NCBI GenBank assembly: GCA_036677065.1
Contig: JAKFBS010000002.1
Location: forward strand, 672,001 to 736,000
Length of the DNA: 64,000 nucleotides
DNA from: Bdellovibrio sp.
GTDB lineage: Bacteria > Bdellovibrionota > Bdellovibrionia > Bdellovibrionales > Bdellovibrionaceae
Reading direction: 5' to 3'
The first letter of the stretch is position 1, and each line of letters opens with the position of its first letter. The position numbers and the translations under genes were made by a program. This document shows, piece by piece, positions 26,201 through 33,972 of the stretch. The notes below the pieces were generated by a model. That model was given only the letters and a program-made list of their open reading frames with translations. It had not been told where the DNA came from and ran no database searches.

Positions 26201-28421
26201 TTTCATCCGAAATTCTAACGGTAGTGGGTTTACCAATTACCACACTCTGCATCGCAGCCACTGTACTATGGCCTGATTGTTTTGCTGAATCGGTAACTTT
26301 CCCTGCAATGCCATCAGTTCTAGCAACTGATGCAGCAACTGGGGGTGCTTTTGGGCGTACAGTATCAAAAAAATCTGCATTTATTTTTTCGTTTGTAGTT
26401 AAGTCTTTAGTAGCAACTTCTGTGGGCTTATCGACCGCAGGCACTGGTTTGGTAGTATCAACTGGGTTAGCGGTAGCAACGGCCGCAGGTTTTGTTGAAT
26501 CAGCAGCAGCCACGACGGGTTTATCCGCAGCATCGACTGGTTTATCAGAATTAGGCTTTGCCGTATTCGTTTTTTCAGGAGGAGTTTTCGCAGCCGTATT
26601 GGTTGCTGCCGGTTTTTCAGTATTAGTTTTTGCTGTAGTCGTTGCGGGTTTATCTGCCGCTGGTTTGCTTTTTGGTTTTTCTTCTGGTTTTGTAGCCGCT
26701 TGTTGGGCTTTCTGCGCTGGAGTTGGCGGCGCAGGAGTTTCAACTTTTGGTGGTGTTGCATTTAACGAAACCGTAGGAGGAGTTGGTGCGCTCGGAGTTG
26801 CTTTCAATCCACGCGCTAACAGCGGCGCCGCAGCACCCACAAAGGGTAATACATCAACGCTTGCTAATAGGGCGTCAACTTTACATGAGCTATCATTTTC
26901 ACGGGCAATAGTTACTTGCGATTTTGCGTTATCACAGACCATATTTTTTTGTTTATCTTTTACAGATAAATTATCTAAAATAGCTGTGTTTTTATTTGTA
27001 CATGATTGATAGGCCTGTTTCATACTACCTTGAGCAAAGTAACCATCAACAGCAAGGGTTCCAGCAAAAGCTCCACGGCGTGTAGCGATTGCGGTTTTAC
27101 TTAAACCACCGATAACTTTAGCACCTACAGCTATAGAACCTAATCCTGCTGTTAAAACAGTTAACCCCGCATCTAGTGCGGCATTATCAACAACATTTTT
27201 TGTACCTGCGCGATCTTCACCGCGATCTAACAAACAACTTTCGGCATCAAAATAAGTTTTAAATTCCATGTTGCTACGACGGTCAGCTAATTGCGGTACT
27301 TTCGGCGCATCAAGTTTTGCTAGTTCAGTTCTAACTTTAGCAAAATCACACTTTTCGCCTTTATCATCAGTGTCATAAATTAAACATCTTAAGTTTTGTA
27401 AATTATCTTTATAAGCTCCGGCTAAAGCTGTGCGGTTAGCTTTTAACTGCTCGCGTAGTCCTTCTTTAATTTTTTCGCGACTTAAATATTTTCTTTCTGA
27501 CGATCTAGGCTTGGCTTTTTCGCGGGCAATTTTATCAAAAATTTCACCACGCACCCAAGGAACTTCGTCTCTAAGAATTTCGATAGCTTTACCGATATTT
27601 TCACATTTTTTAGTAGCTGTTTTTTGCGAAGTATAAGTATAACCACCGCGCATTGGACAGTCTTGTGTTGAACCGGCACATTTAACCATTGAGCCTGATC
27701 TACATTTTAGTTCGGCATCTTGAAGTGCACTGATTTTGCCTAAATTATCCATCGTCTTTTGAACTTGTTCTTCAAAACGATCTGCGGCTTGTCCTTTACA
27801 CTGCCCGCCAGTATTACGTAAATTTTCGCAGCTGCTTTTTAAATCCGGAAGTAATGGATTACACTCAATGCCATCAAGCACAGGCGTACCTTCGGTCACA
27901 GAATCAATAAATGCAATTTCATCCATCGCCGATTTATTAAATTTTTCAATGCGCGTAGCCGCTGCATAGAAACGCGTTTGCGCTACTTTTGCCTGTTCAG
28001 GAGTTAAATCCGGAGAGGTGTTACATCCGTTTAACGTGCGTGCCATGCTTGGAGAAATTGTTGAAGAAAATTGTTTGCTTAGTTCTGTGCTTAACGCCTG
28101 CGGAGTTTGAAAATTAGTTTGAATGCCATTGCCACTCATGTAATTTTGGTAAGCGGTTACATACCCGTTACAAGTTTTTGCTTCAGAATTAAATTTAAAA
28201 ACCATCAGTGTAGATTTATCTTGGTAATCATCTAACACTGATTCTTTAAGCGCTGTCGGACATTTTCCTTTTTTTAATTGCACATCTGGTTCAGCAGCTG
28301 ATGTTTTTTTGTTTGAACCTGTAGATGTTTTTTTTCCACCGCCAGAAGTTTCAACCTGAGCAAAAGCAAATTGAGTATTAAAAATTAGTGAAAATATGAC
28401 TAGAAAATTTATAGCGCGCAT
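17295..28421 (-). CDS. Giant (3708 aa) secreted multidomain protein; putative multi-effector toxin
   Basis: Signal peptide (FAFA|Q), Cys-rich N-terminus, hydrophobic segments, P/A/K/T linker, many internal repeats, HEVSH, HD-like and kinase-like motifs. Confidence 0.85.
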   Translation of the reverse strand: MRAINFLVIFSLIFNTQFAFAQVETSGGGKKTSTGSNKKTSAAEPDVQLKKGKCPTALKESVLDDYQDKSTLMVFKFNSEAKTCNGYVTAYQNYMSGNGIQTNFQTPQALSTELSKQFSSTISPSMARTLNGCNTSPDLTPEQAKVAQTRFYAAATRIEKFNKSAMDEIAFIDSVTEGTPVLDGIECNPLLPDLKSSCENLRNTGGQCKGQAADRFEEQVQKTMDNLGKISALQDAELKCRSGSMVKCAGSTQDCPMRGGYTYTSQKTATKKCENIGKAIEILRDEVPWVRGEIFDKIAREKAKPRSSERKYLSREKIKEGLREQLKANRTALAGAYKDNLQNLRCLIYDTDDKGEKCDFAKVRTELAKLDAPKVPQLADRRSNMEFKTYFDAESCLLDRGEDRAGTKNVVDNAALDAGLTVLTAGLGSIAVGAKVIGGLSKTAIATRRGAFAGTLAVDGYFAQGSMKQAYQSCTNKNTAILDNLSVKDKQKNMVCDNAKSQVTIARENDSSCKVDALLASVDVLPFVGAAAPLLARGLKATPSAPTPPTVSLNATPPKVETPAPPTPAQKAQQAATKPEEKPKSKPAADKPATTTAKTNTEKPAATNTAAKTPPEKTNTAKPNSDKPVDAADKPVVAAADSTKPAAVATANPVDTTKPVPAVDKPTEVATKDLTTNEKINADFFDTVRPKAPPVAASVARTDGIAGKVTDSAKQSGHSTVAAMQSVVIGKPTTVRISDETGEIIPATVTKLQQTPQGNMAEVAYQHRDGSMRSRRVRAQELYQTNPEIKDDNQFYEFLASKLKTEQAVAQNKVIPQPAKTMTPSVANYSQPAGLDMRSSSSNNSAMAVAAAPSRPAAAAQAVATPVIQRNQPVIAQADMQNFGNAAPANNVQRGSSRSPASESFTQNAPSTAAEDELVRALTSNNNTGAVAPVASFAKVKPEPVSIFKSNSGGGSGSTPQINAKVDNRPTTYVDKSDNVRFIEGEQIKVSNFEGGKDAEFKIVKKLENGLLRVSDGNGKEFDLLRDEVKSAERLAPPTAKAGATEVVEKIKLKEEFIRPGDAVNVKNFEGGSELNASVVRKNTDGTVRVKDEAGKEFDLIKSEVKDAEFSRGLTAEIKQNLEIADDVVRVKTAENYLQRPLTAVQQQAVLKSHKIAEDKGIFALSKTELRQKAKALRDAGLSEDEASLLLRKGVTGSPGLDNVRIVSEQSAIPKFDIIKGKQLEVPMGNTGRTNPGAVMSGPDARGYYEVEFYQKGAGIGRTRKTAAELTAANVKLPGKIENPIINVPVVGKDVSYPGKVISGPNGKGQYEVEIYPPGKPATVVRMNEIELKKANTPQAVRQAKIREARRASFADRSSAELEQILDDSLRQADSRGGRDAYNVDYGVSGKPDKALKSKKIDIEGQRALEELAKRQNKEINELYEEVKLARKAKPQMQVSTKSTDVSQADVFNSAQAGGARNELDYLAEQDGLKTLNLNPKQRQNAALELGIADENKIAAMDYPAVASRKEARELFSKVFPNGNDFDDTLLRQTMSFNPRGGYINAREFANAEKFVAAVRKADINAANLSLAERRLLNKFTDRAPLYARQTNADVALLPRQSLEVDSAVIRKIASADSAPISVRAVDPAEVAGDARNQLDYLAEQDRLKSSRLNPRQRESVARELGIYNENKAAALDYASVGSKKESSALFDKLFPGKKDFDTEMLRQSMSYNPRGGYIGNAEFANAEKFVKAVQKADIDGSTLSLSERRLLNKYTDRAPLYARQVNPAIETINRQSLEAVVPPRIISNKVSAFAARGDEVVAQVKIKPEMVRAGDQVTVKNFEALAGGGGADLDAKFIRRNKDGTIRVKDSQGKEFNLGAQATSESQFYRGLTAELKVNGDLDNPSRVKAAADYVKRPLTEAQKNAVLASHNVGGEGRGYFDYTAKELKEKTAILRKAGFSNPEATLLLRKGITGNNSSEISQLIKVTPSEVRIGDQVVIHEFNGTGELRGAIAGDAHNGGLILREANGAETIIYKNDLDDLTNAQITRNPNARFIANAEELSLERAPIVAAVAKKAVPVDASNARVGDKVLISEFNGTGELEGVITGPAKNGGYLLREVNGKETIIYKTDLEDTTNTKITREWGSKPPVVKREATSVVDNTPDSPLLVSKDKKQNPDIVVPLGNGELRQGRVLSQLEAKPGVAKTYVVEYLDEAGIANQIHLTQDQLLATTTPDALKKVKADRERSATYQSKSNSELQQILDEGHRAAKDAVGKGRSVDKPDLNAETHSALSELARRSGVTSNAVFEAYRRGGVKGLENLALAQNIIRSPASVTNLPVTPIIVKPLAQLKTGDYVVTAGIGDKVKEGLVVGRDKIKGEIIYTVGVVNKDGSTSFKKMTDRELGDSNSAYVGVKVESSRSKDPLALRSQIDEDFKNARSEAQLADLRRKARLKVEGKTKVIYDDASNPLLANSAGVTTPEGAVYINIDYDTDARFSTLLHEVSHTKTDRARGDLRVQSVSKELSAQGYGKGFSFDEIKAATVNFAVDKQTVIAQSKAGKPAIPNRAVKRDISNMQTSVDRRQAFINDSRDALDQVDESLGSIVAKDVGRSGDKNFTVWQITLNNVEGKTDPVHLSFSTPVNMSRSEAMGQLREFSREEKIKLLNAQSRLDYDKAYLTELRTKVGVPKRAQPLNGESVFQVVEAKGVARNPATDRVKAQALSSSNASTNSLVEELDSVIGIRGRSMGLRSTAELTSGHPLTPVIEKQRQIVNRLSRADREFQPENFARISSNVANDFLKSGDVDLALPYYRLTAETIENNLGSTAKSFWASEVNTKAAIKAGFISDNTELAHMATQKSVLAKTKSNAAEDVKKVALDQYHNLGYEYDRVLYGVKRYGNKNKELELLVIRKQQQHIAQKYGLKNDIEALVGKDGFQKIDEQADLTVDDLIQNPKQIIDPEKFKKTQRIPASTSAPSAMVTPSAALPVELKAVHSGISKSTPELEAQVDRYVEALRGADLSPKEVKSILHQEDLIAATRNPVVAKVLDKARVDYQGLKFGMLDSDVGKLAKFQENLLLKNTKESDELFDTLRGTVKTPAAQELKTVLKDLGFPHPNLLNPNLTNQEVREIIAEVPVLRGYLHELPGMQLAIRDLNAGHITQNQFRERILANLGHNGPNEGYWSFLSNNIVPTSLGNAKHPKAKLLFADSIFATDQVINGVVIPRYPAPQSPAGIVHSTFDRLSQGTRGGVDKIFYELGGAPLAANPKTAIREIGVPPNKGLQLPHEMLIGNPEKTMSQLEALQQHAATSPQFSKTQQTELSHFVGGAIARLQKQNDFIQQNVIVVKDSNGLIKKMTLRYQDKKIVLTNDSPAEDVAGAMEKMLRHEESLHGDPFKEFKLAPQARAATLAAADAAKLDQRHSQASLDYLLVNIAKRSDNEKAEAPEVVEFLKRYKNDPAFAGWLKNKDVTNSVHYDVKGNATKLLLEYKNLERTPAAIKDPVIVNLADQKLLDPSRLNAWQVERQINFKRSQYDNVLSGLKKGDVVQATSAQSGKVESFELGDYIGAGNTSNLYAMKDPNKVVRLPFLTTGVSGQKSGKDFFQTYVQTRDKYVGIPGLDVVKVFDHGKNFEYIVNERVPIKMTLNEVEDRLFSLKATKTPTDGQKKELNELQAVWDKFTKIAPEIAKRSNDQTRVTSLQSAKAIDRDTALVQEARQVALTPDGRLVLLDWE
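23120..24050 (-). repeat. Intragenic tandem duplication, period 525 nt (175 aa)
   Basis: GARNELDYLAEQD...NPRGGYI...EFANAEKFV...ERRLLNKFTDRAPLYARQ repeated as DARNQLDYLAEQD...ERRLLNKYTDRAPLYARQ; anchor TTGACGTGC at 23127 and 23652. Confidence 0.9.
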
Positions 28422-28428
28422 AGACTAT

Positions 28429-28455
28429 TTATCGGCAAAATCCTTGAATTTATTA
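28429..28455 (-). promoter_or_regulatory. sigma28 (FliA)-type promoter of the giant gene
   Basis: TAAT-15 nt-GCCGATAA on the minus strand, 7 nt before the ATG. Confidence 0.6.
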
Positions 28456-28526
28456 AGGATTTCAGAGCTGGCAGAACGTCTAATTTATGAGTGAAAATGA
28501 CATGCTATTGCGAAGCAATGCCAATA

Positions 28527-29723
28527 TTAAGAAGCGATTTTTTCTTTAACGATCTGCATAGGCAGTTTCATGAATAAATCCATAGGAAGGGCTTTAGAAT
28601 ATAACCAACCTTGGGCAAAATACGCGCCTAGCTGTAGAAGCGCTTCACGCTCTTCGAGCGTTTCAACACCTTCAGCAATAATATCCATACCTAAAGCCTG
28701 GGCCATAAAGACCATAGACTTCACAACGGCTAAAACTTTTGGATCAGCGTTTATTTTTGAGACAAATGACTTGTCGATTTTTAGATAACTGACCGGCATT
28801 TGCGATAAATACTGTAAACTTGAATACCCGGTACCGAAATCATCGATTGAAATGTGAAAACCTTTGTTTTTACATTGATCTAAAATCTCGATGGCAACTA
28901 CACCATTCATCATCACACGTTCAGTAACTTCTAATTTGATATTTTTCGGGGCAACCTTATGCTTCCAGGTTAACTTTTCCAGATCCATTAAAAAATCCGG
29001 ATGCGTAAACTGGCGACCGCTCACATTGATACTCATGATAAAATCATCGCCGAATGCCGTTTTAATTTTTTGAAAGTCTTGAAAACAACGTTCAAAAATC
29101 CAATGACCGACAGAAACCATAAGTGATGAATTTTCTAAAAAATCGATAAATTTATCCGGCTGAATGTATCCAATAACTGGATCTTTCCAACGAATTAAGG
29201 CTTCAGCCCCGACCACTGCACTTGTTTGCATATTGATGATTGGCTGGTAAAACATTTCAAACTCTTGGTTGTTCAAAGCTTCTTGCAGACGGTTTTCAAA
29301 CTTCAGGTTTTCAAAACCATCCATAATCGTATCATCTGGGCTTACGACATCTTCATTACCTTGCGCAACATGAGTCAGTGATGAATTGTTTTTACGTACG
29401 CGATTCATCATCACTTTTAATAATAATTGAACTAACTGGTCAGACCCTTGAAAACGCTCGATCAATTGATCTTTAGTCACAACATTCAAAACTGTATCTT
29501 CAATAGCTTTAACAGAAGCCGAACGTGGTAAAGAATCAATTAATGACATCTCTCCAAAAATTTCGCCTTTTTTAATTTGTGTAAGTGGAACTACTTTTGA
29601 ATCGATTTCTAGGTACACAAGGACTTTGCCGCTCTCTACAACGTACGCACAATCACCAGCTTCACCCTGTTTAAATAAAACAGTGTCTTTCGCAATTGTA
29701 ATTTGTTTTTTTAACGTACTCAT
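28527..29723 (-). CDS. cNMP-binding + EAL c-di-GMP phosphodiesterase
   Basis: cNMP domain (LFKQGEAGD..GEIFGEMSLID..RSASV); EAL domain (YQP, EALIRW, INVS, LEVTE, IDDFGTGYSSL, KIDKSF, AEGVET, QGW). Confidence 0.93.
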   Translation of the reverse strand: MSTLKKQITIAKDTVLFKQGEAGDCAYVVESGKVLVYLEIDSKVVPLTQIKKGEIFGEMSLIDSLPRSASVKAIEDTVLNVVTKDQLIERFQGSDQLVQLLLKVMMNRVRKNNSSLTHVAQGNEDVVSPDDTIMDGFENLKFENRLQEALNNQEFEMFYQPIINMQTSAVVGAEALIRWKDPVIGYIQPDKFIDFLENSSLMVSVGHWIFERCFQDFQKIKTAFGDDFIMSINVSGRQFTHPDFLMDLEKLTWKHKVAPKNIKLEVTERVMMNGVVAIEILDQCKNKGFHISIDDFGTGYSSLQYLSQMPVSYLKIDKSFVSKINADPKVLAVVKSMVFMAQALGMDIIAEGVETLEEREALLQLGAYFAQGWLYSKALPMDLFMKLPMQIVKEKIAS

Positions 29724-29832
29724 TAAGCTTCCTCGCAAACAACCTATCGACAGTGGTGAGTGTGTTATTTACTGGACCCCGGTCTAGTTCTTGATGCGGC
29801 TTAAGGCTAAAACTCTACCAATTCGGGACTGT

Positions 29833-30687
29833 CTAAATATTATTAATCTTATTTTTATTTAATCCCAGACTTTTACACATCAAATAATCGTAAATTCTCA
29901 ATGGAATCAACTTTGGTAAATACCAATTTTGAAATTTGCGCGGCACAGGTGCATATCTAATTTTTGGCTTCAAACTTGTCAGTGCATGATCGATATCTTT
30001 AACTACGTCTTCTACATGCAAAGCATGATTGATTTCGCTACTGACAAACGCGATAAATTTTTGAAAGGATTTTCTGTATTCTGTAGAATCAAAAGCGTTG
30101 GCTACTACATTAATTCCTTTATTCCAAATCGGTGTATTCACAGAACCCGGTGCAACGATTGAAACCTTCATGCCATACAAATTTAATTCGCGACGAAGCG
30201 TTTCTGAAAAACCTTCGATCGCATGTTTACTGGCACAGTACCCCCCTAAAAATGGGGTCCCGTTCTTGCCCGAGACAGAAGAAATATTAACAATTCGGCC
30301 CTGCTCAGCTTTTTTTAAAAAAGGTAAAATCACCTGAGTCATTTTAATCACTGCAACTACATTAACTTGCAGCATACTTTGAATTTCTGAAAACTTTTGA
30401 TATTCGATCGGCCCGGCTAAAGCCACGCCAGCATTGTTAACTAAGGCATCAATGTGAGTGATCTTATTTTTTATTAAGAGATCTGGAATTTGATCTACTT
30501 TTGCGAAATCCGTGACATCTAATTGCAGACCCAAAAAATTTTGCGGATGAGTTTTTTGAAAATATTCACCGTCTTTTTCGTTTCGGTAAGTCCCGATAAC
30601 CTTACCCCCCTGTTTTAGGTAAAAATCAGCAGTTGAAAAACCTATTCCACTGCTGATTCCGGTAATAAAGACGATTTTTTGATTCAT
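29833..30687 (-). CDS. SDR family oxidoreductase
   Basis: TGISSGIG, LVNNAG, NISS, YCASK. Confidence 0.93.
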   Translation of the reverse strand: MNQKIVFITGISSGIGFSTADFYLKQGGKVIGTYRNEKDGEYFQKTHPQNFLGLQLDVTDFAKVDQIPDLLIKNKITHIDALVNNAGVALAGPIEYQKFSEIQSMLQVNVVAVIKMTQVILPFLKKAEQGRIVNISSVSGKNGTPFLGGYCASKHAIEGFSETLRRELNLYGMKVSIVAPGSVNTPIWNKGINVVANAFDSTEYRKSFQKFIAFVSSEINHALHVEDVVKDIDHALTSLKPKIRYAPVPRKFQNWYLPKLIPLRIYDYLMCKSLGLNKNKINNI

Positions 30688-30698
30688 ATTTTTTAAAA

Positions 30699-31562
30699 TT
30701 ACTCTAAGAAAACTCTTCTCGGAGCTCTTGAATCACAACGACCTGAAAAATTATGTGCAACGACACGTTTTTTAGGTGAATTTTCTAAAAATCTGCGAAG
30801 ACCTGGCGTGTTTACATCGACCATGTTTTTAATTGCTGTCGTGTCTGGGTTATGTGAAAAGCCTAATTCAAATAATAAAGACCAGATGCCATGTTTCCAG
30901 TAAGCATAGTCTTCAAAGGTGCCGTCAGCTGCGTATAACACTTCTGTGTTATTACCAGTCTGATAACGACTTTCTATAGTAGCATCAGCCACTAACTTTT
31001 TATACGTGTCATCATACGGCGTTGATAAGTCAGTTGTTGAAATTCCCCACGGGTAAACCACGGCTGGCCAGTAAGTATGAAGAGTTGCAGAAATTTGAAT
31101 ATTTTTTTCTTCAACAAAAGCAGCTAAAGCACTTGTCGATTTTAAACGAAAAGCTTTATCTGTCTTACAAGGGCTTGTGTAATCACGATTGGCATCGACA
31201 GAAGTTTGTAAATTTTGTTCATAACGGCTTCCGCGGTTATAACCAGTTACATTCAATACCGGCACGATATAAACAGTTTGTCCCTGAATCGGATTAGCCG
31301 CAATACTTGCCGCAAAACCTAATGCTACGGCAGTTGAACCGTACTCATTACCATGATGAGTGGCCACAACCAAAGACGCGGTTTCACCGTTTCCAACTTT
31401 TAAAGCTTTGATCGGAGTTCCCTGATCATTCGTTCCAATCGTGATCACAACGGCTTGGGCAGGATTAGTTGCAGCGATTTCATTTAATTTATTTACGGCA
31501 TTATCATAGTTGTTCGCTGCGGGCGCTTGTAATAAAAATAGCGCCAGGATTGATTCTAACAT
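30699..31562 (-). CDS. M14 zinc carboxypeptidase
   Basis: HHGNE (HxxE), DANRDY, LHTY, catalytic FELG. Confidence 0.85.
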   Translation of the reverse strand: MLESILALFLLQAPAANNYDNAVNKLNEIAATNPAQAVVITIGTNDQGTPIKALKVGNGETASLVVATHHGNEYGSTAVALGFAASIAANPIQGQTVYIVPVLNVTGYNRGSRYEQNLQTSVDANRDYTSPCKTDKAFRLKSTSALAAFVEEKNIQISATLHTYWPAVVYPWGISTTDLSTPYDDTYKKLVADATIESRYQTGNNTEVLYAADGTFEDYAYWKHGIWSLLFELGFSHNPDTTAIKNMVDVNTPGLRRFLENSPKKRVVAHNFSGRCDSRAPRRVFLE

Positions 31563-31577
31563 TGGGATCTCCGTTTC

Positions 31578-32570
31578 CTAATTGTTAAACGTAACTTTGG
31601 TCTTGTTTATAATCGTCTTTGGATTTCCGTTATTTGTTAAGTAGTTTTTAACAAGAAGTGATTGAATTTTTAAAATTTCAGCTTTCGGATAGTAATGCGT
31701 CAAAATATCCATGTAAGTTCGGCCCTTTTTAGCCATGTACATACTGCCAAACTGACATAACCCCACACCATGACCAAAACCGCGCCCACTAAAGGTTACA
31801 TTCGAGTCATTCACTTCAACATTTTCAGGATTCGAACGGATCTTTGAATACCCAAACACCTGACGCAGCTTTTGAATGCTCCACTCTTCAAAACGAACGA
31901 TTTTGTTTTTAAAATACGCCGCTTCAAATACATCTTTGTTTTGAAACTCGCTAGCAGGCACTGAAAAACTCCACTGGTTGCTGGCTTTCGTTTGGCACCA
32001 CGGATCTTGAGTCGTTCCTAAATCGACCGCGCCTTCCCAAACTTTATCGGCTGGCAAGGTTTGTCCGCCACAGTCTGAATGATAAAAAGTTTTAACGATC
32101 TTTTTATTTCTAGAGAGTACGATATCCTCAGTCGCTGCGACGACAAGATAAGCTTTATCAGAAGTCGTCCATTGAAATACTTGGTCCATTTGATCAGCAT
32201 CGACATGAAATAATTTGTCGCGACGTTCATTCATGCGCGAAAATAAATACGAACGTGCAACAACGGCTTGAGCTTTTAAAGCCTCGACTGGCCAAGCCAA
32301 GGGCATCTCTTTAGAAACTACTCCGGCTAAATAGTGCGTGAGCGGCACAACTTCGATCAGATCATATTTATTATTTTCTTTATGAACCACTTCATAGCGA
32401 CGAGCTTGTGAACCAAAACGCGCGCTTAAGTTTTTCGGATACTGAGTTAAGTCTTTTTCGATACGCACCCGAACATGCGAAAATTCTGATTGCGTCGCTT
32501 CAACCACTAGTGGAGCAAATAACGAAGCTATCGCCAATGTAACAATAAAATAAGAGCGAACCCAAACCAT
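31578..32570 (-). CDS. SpoIID/LytB-domain lytic transglycosylase
   Basis: YLAGVVSKEMP..WPVEALKAQAVVARSY, FYHSDCGGQT, GRGFGHGVGLCQ, ILTHYYP; signal peptide. Confidence 0.92.
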   Translation of the reverse strand: MVWVRSYFIVTLAIASLFAPLVVEATQSEFSHVRVRIEKDLTQYPKNLSARFGSQARRYEVVHKENNKYDLIEVVPLTHYLAGVVSKEMPLAWPVEALKAQAVVARSYLFSRMNERRDKLFHVDADQMDQVFQWTTSDKAYLVVAATEDIVLSRNKKIVKTFYHSDCGGQTLPADKVWEGAVDLGTTQDPWCQTKASNQWSFSVPASEFQNKDVFEAAYFKNKIVRFEEWSIQKLRQVFGYSKIRSNPENVEVNDSNVTFSGRGFGHGVGLCQFGSMYMAKKGRTYMDILTHYYPKAEILKIQSLLVKNYLTNNGNPKTIINKTKVTFNN

Positions 32571-32643
32571 GACTTATTTGACCGAGACTCTGTCTAAACG
32601 ACTAGGAAATTTTATCCCTTAGGCCGCAGAGTTGGCCCTGTGT

Positions 32644-33030
32644 CTAGTTTAGTGATTTATACTTTTGCATGATCGTCTGTAAGAAAGTCCAGACTGTGCT
32701 TTTGAGGTTTTTATTTGCGTGCAAAACTTGCGGAGAATAAGTCTGGTTTCCTGAAGCATCTGGACTAACTACTAAGTCAAAGTCGATCAGCGACTGCCCA
32801 ACCACTTTAAGAGATAGATCATGCACCACCATATCACCATCCGGTATTTTCATTGCGGCTAACATATTAGTTAAAAGCGTATGGTCTTCTGTGGTGAATT
32901 GATTGTAGTTTTCAACCCACACAGAGATTTTATGAGCTACTGTAGACACGGCCTCAAAAGAAGAACTTTCATCCTTCAAAATCTGGCTTACGCCCAATAC
33001 ATTTTTTAAATATTTGATATATTCTTGCAT
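32644..33030 (-). CDS. Hypothetical protein, degenerate uracil-DNA-glycosylase-like remnant
   Basis: LLTNMLAAMKI and TYSPQVLH..NLKSTVWTFLQ echo family-4 UDG segments; catalytic GEAPG and Cys motifs absent. Confidence 0.5.
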   Translation of the reverse strand: MQEYIKYLKNVLGVSQILKDESSSFEAVSTVAHKISVWVENYNQFTTEDHTLLTNMLAAMKIPDGDMVVHDLSLKVVGQSLIDFDLVVSPDASGNQTYSPQVLHANKNLKSTVWTFLQTIMQKYKSLN

Positions 33031-33232
33031 CTTGAGCCTTCAGGTATAAATCGCAATTGTCATTTTTTCAAAGACTCTTTTCGGCACTCAAATCAAATAT
33101 ACCAGCCAAAAGCGCCAGAATAGCCTAAACCGTCGACTTTTTTTACAGCTCCTTTTTACAGAGTCAAAAATCATAACATCTATTTAAATTAACACACCCA
33201 AGCTAAATTCTTTCAAAACAAGGAGTTCCCCC

Positions 33233-33964
33233 ATGAAACTACACTCTCTATTAATAACATCAGCTTTAGTTATCTCTGTAATAACTTCGGCGACATCAGT
33301 AAACGCTATGTCGGCAGCAGAATACGACACGCAAACTGAAATGTTCATGCCCGGTTATTTAGAAGAATTCGCTAATGCCGTTAATATGGATCAATTAAAC
33401 GTTAACGTCAGCTACCCGTTATCGACAACTGAAGTTGATGATAAGTGCGTAGCCTTGATGGACGGCAAAATGATCGCCGGTGATGTTGGGAGAGCTCTTT
33501 CGCAAATCTTTTTAGATAATCAACAAGGTTTAAGCAGTTTAGTTTCTGGTGGTTCTGTTAGGGCTAAATACTGCCCTCGTTACGGAAAAATGACAGCTAA
33601 AGAAAAATCTATCGTTTGGGTTTTTATCCTAACAGCGATGGCTCACTTTGAAAGTAACTGTACACGCACAGCTGCAGCCAAAGGACCAAACGGAACAGCT
33701 TATGGTTACTTCCAATTACACCGCGGTCATGAAGATAACTATGGTGGCGGTAACTTTTGTAAAAAAGGTGATGCGGCTAAACCTGCGGCTGCCAGCAAAT
33801 GCACTTTAGGTATGTTAGAAAAACAGTTCGTAAATCGCCAGGGCGAATTGTTCAGCAGCAAATCTTACTGGGATGTTTTGCGCCCAACAGGCAGTTCTAA
33901 AAAATGGTCTGTAATTAGACGAGCTTTAATGCGCTCTAGCCTTTGCAACCCGCAAACGATCTGA
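33233..33964 (+). CDS. Secreted lysozyme-like/SLT-family transglycosylase
   Basis: RBS AAGGAG; signal peptide; AMAHFESNC (catalytic Glu-Ser) and AYGYFQL motifs. Confidence 0.65.
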   Translation: MKLHSLLITSALVISVITSATSVNAMSAAEYDTQTEMFMPGYLEEFANAVNMDQLNVNVSYPLSTTEVDDKCVALMDGKMIAGDVGRALSQIFLDNQQGLSSLVSGGSVRAKYCPRYGKMTAKEKSIVWVFILTAMAHFESNCTRTAAAKGPNGTAYGYFQLHRGHEDNYGGGNFCKKGDAAKPAAASKCTLGMLEKQFVNRQGELFSSKSYWDVLRPTGSSKKWSVIRRALMRSSLCNPQTI

Positions 33965-33972
33965 TTTTAAAT

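Noticed and set aside
26224..27009. 261-aa plus-strand hydrophobic ORF
   Set aside because: Antisense shadow of the P/A/K/T-rich linker of the giant gene.
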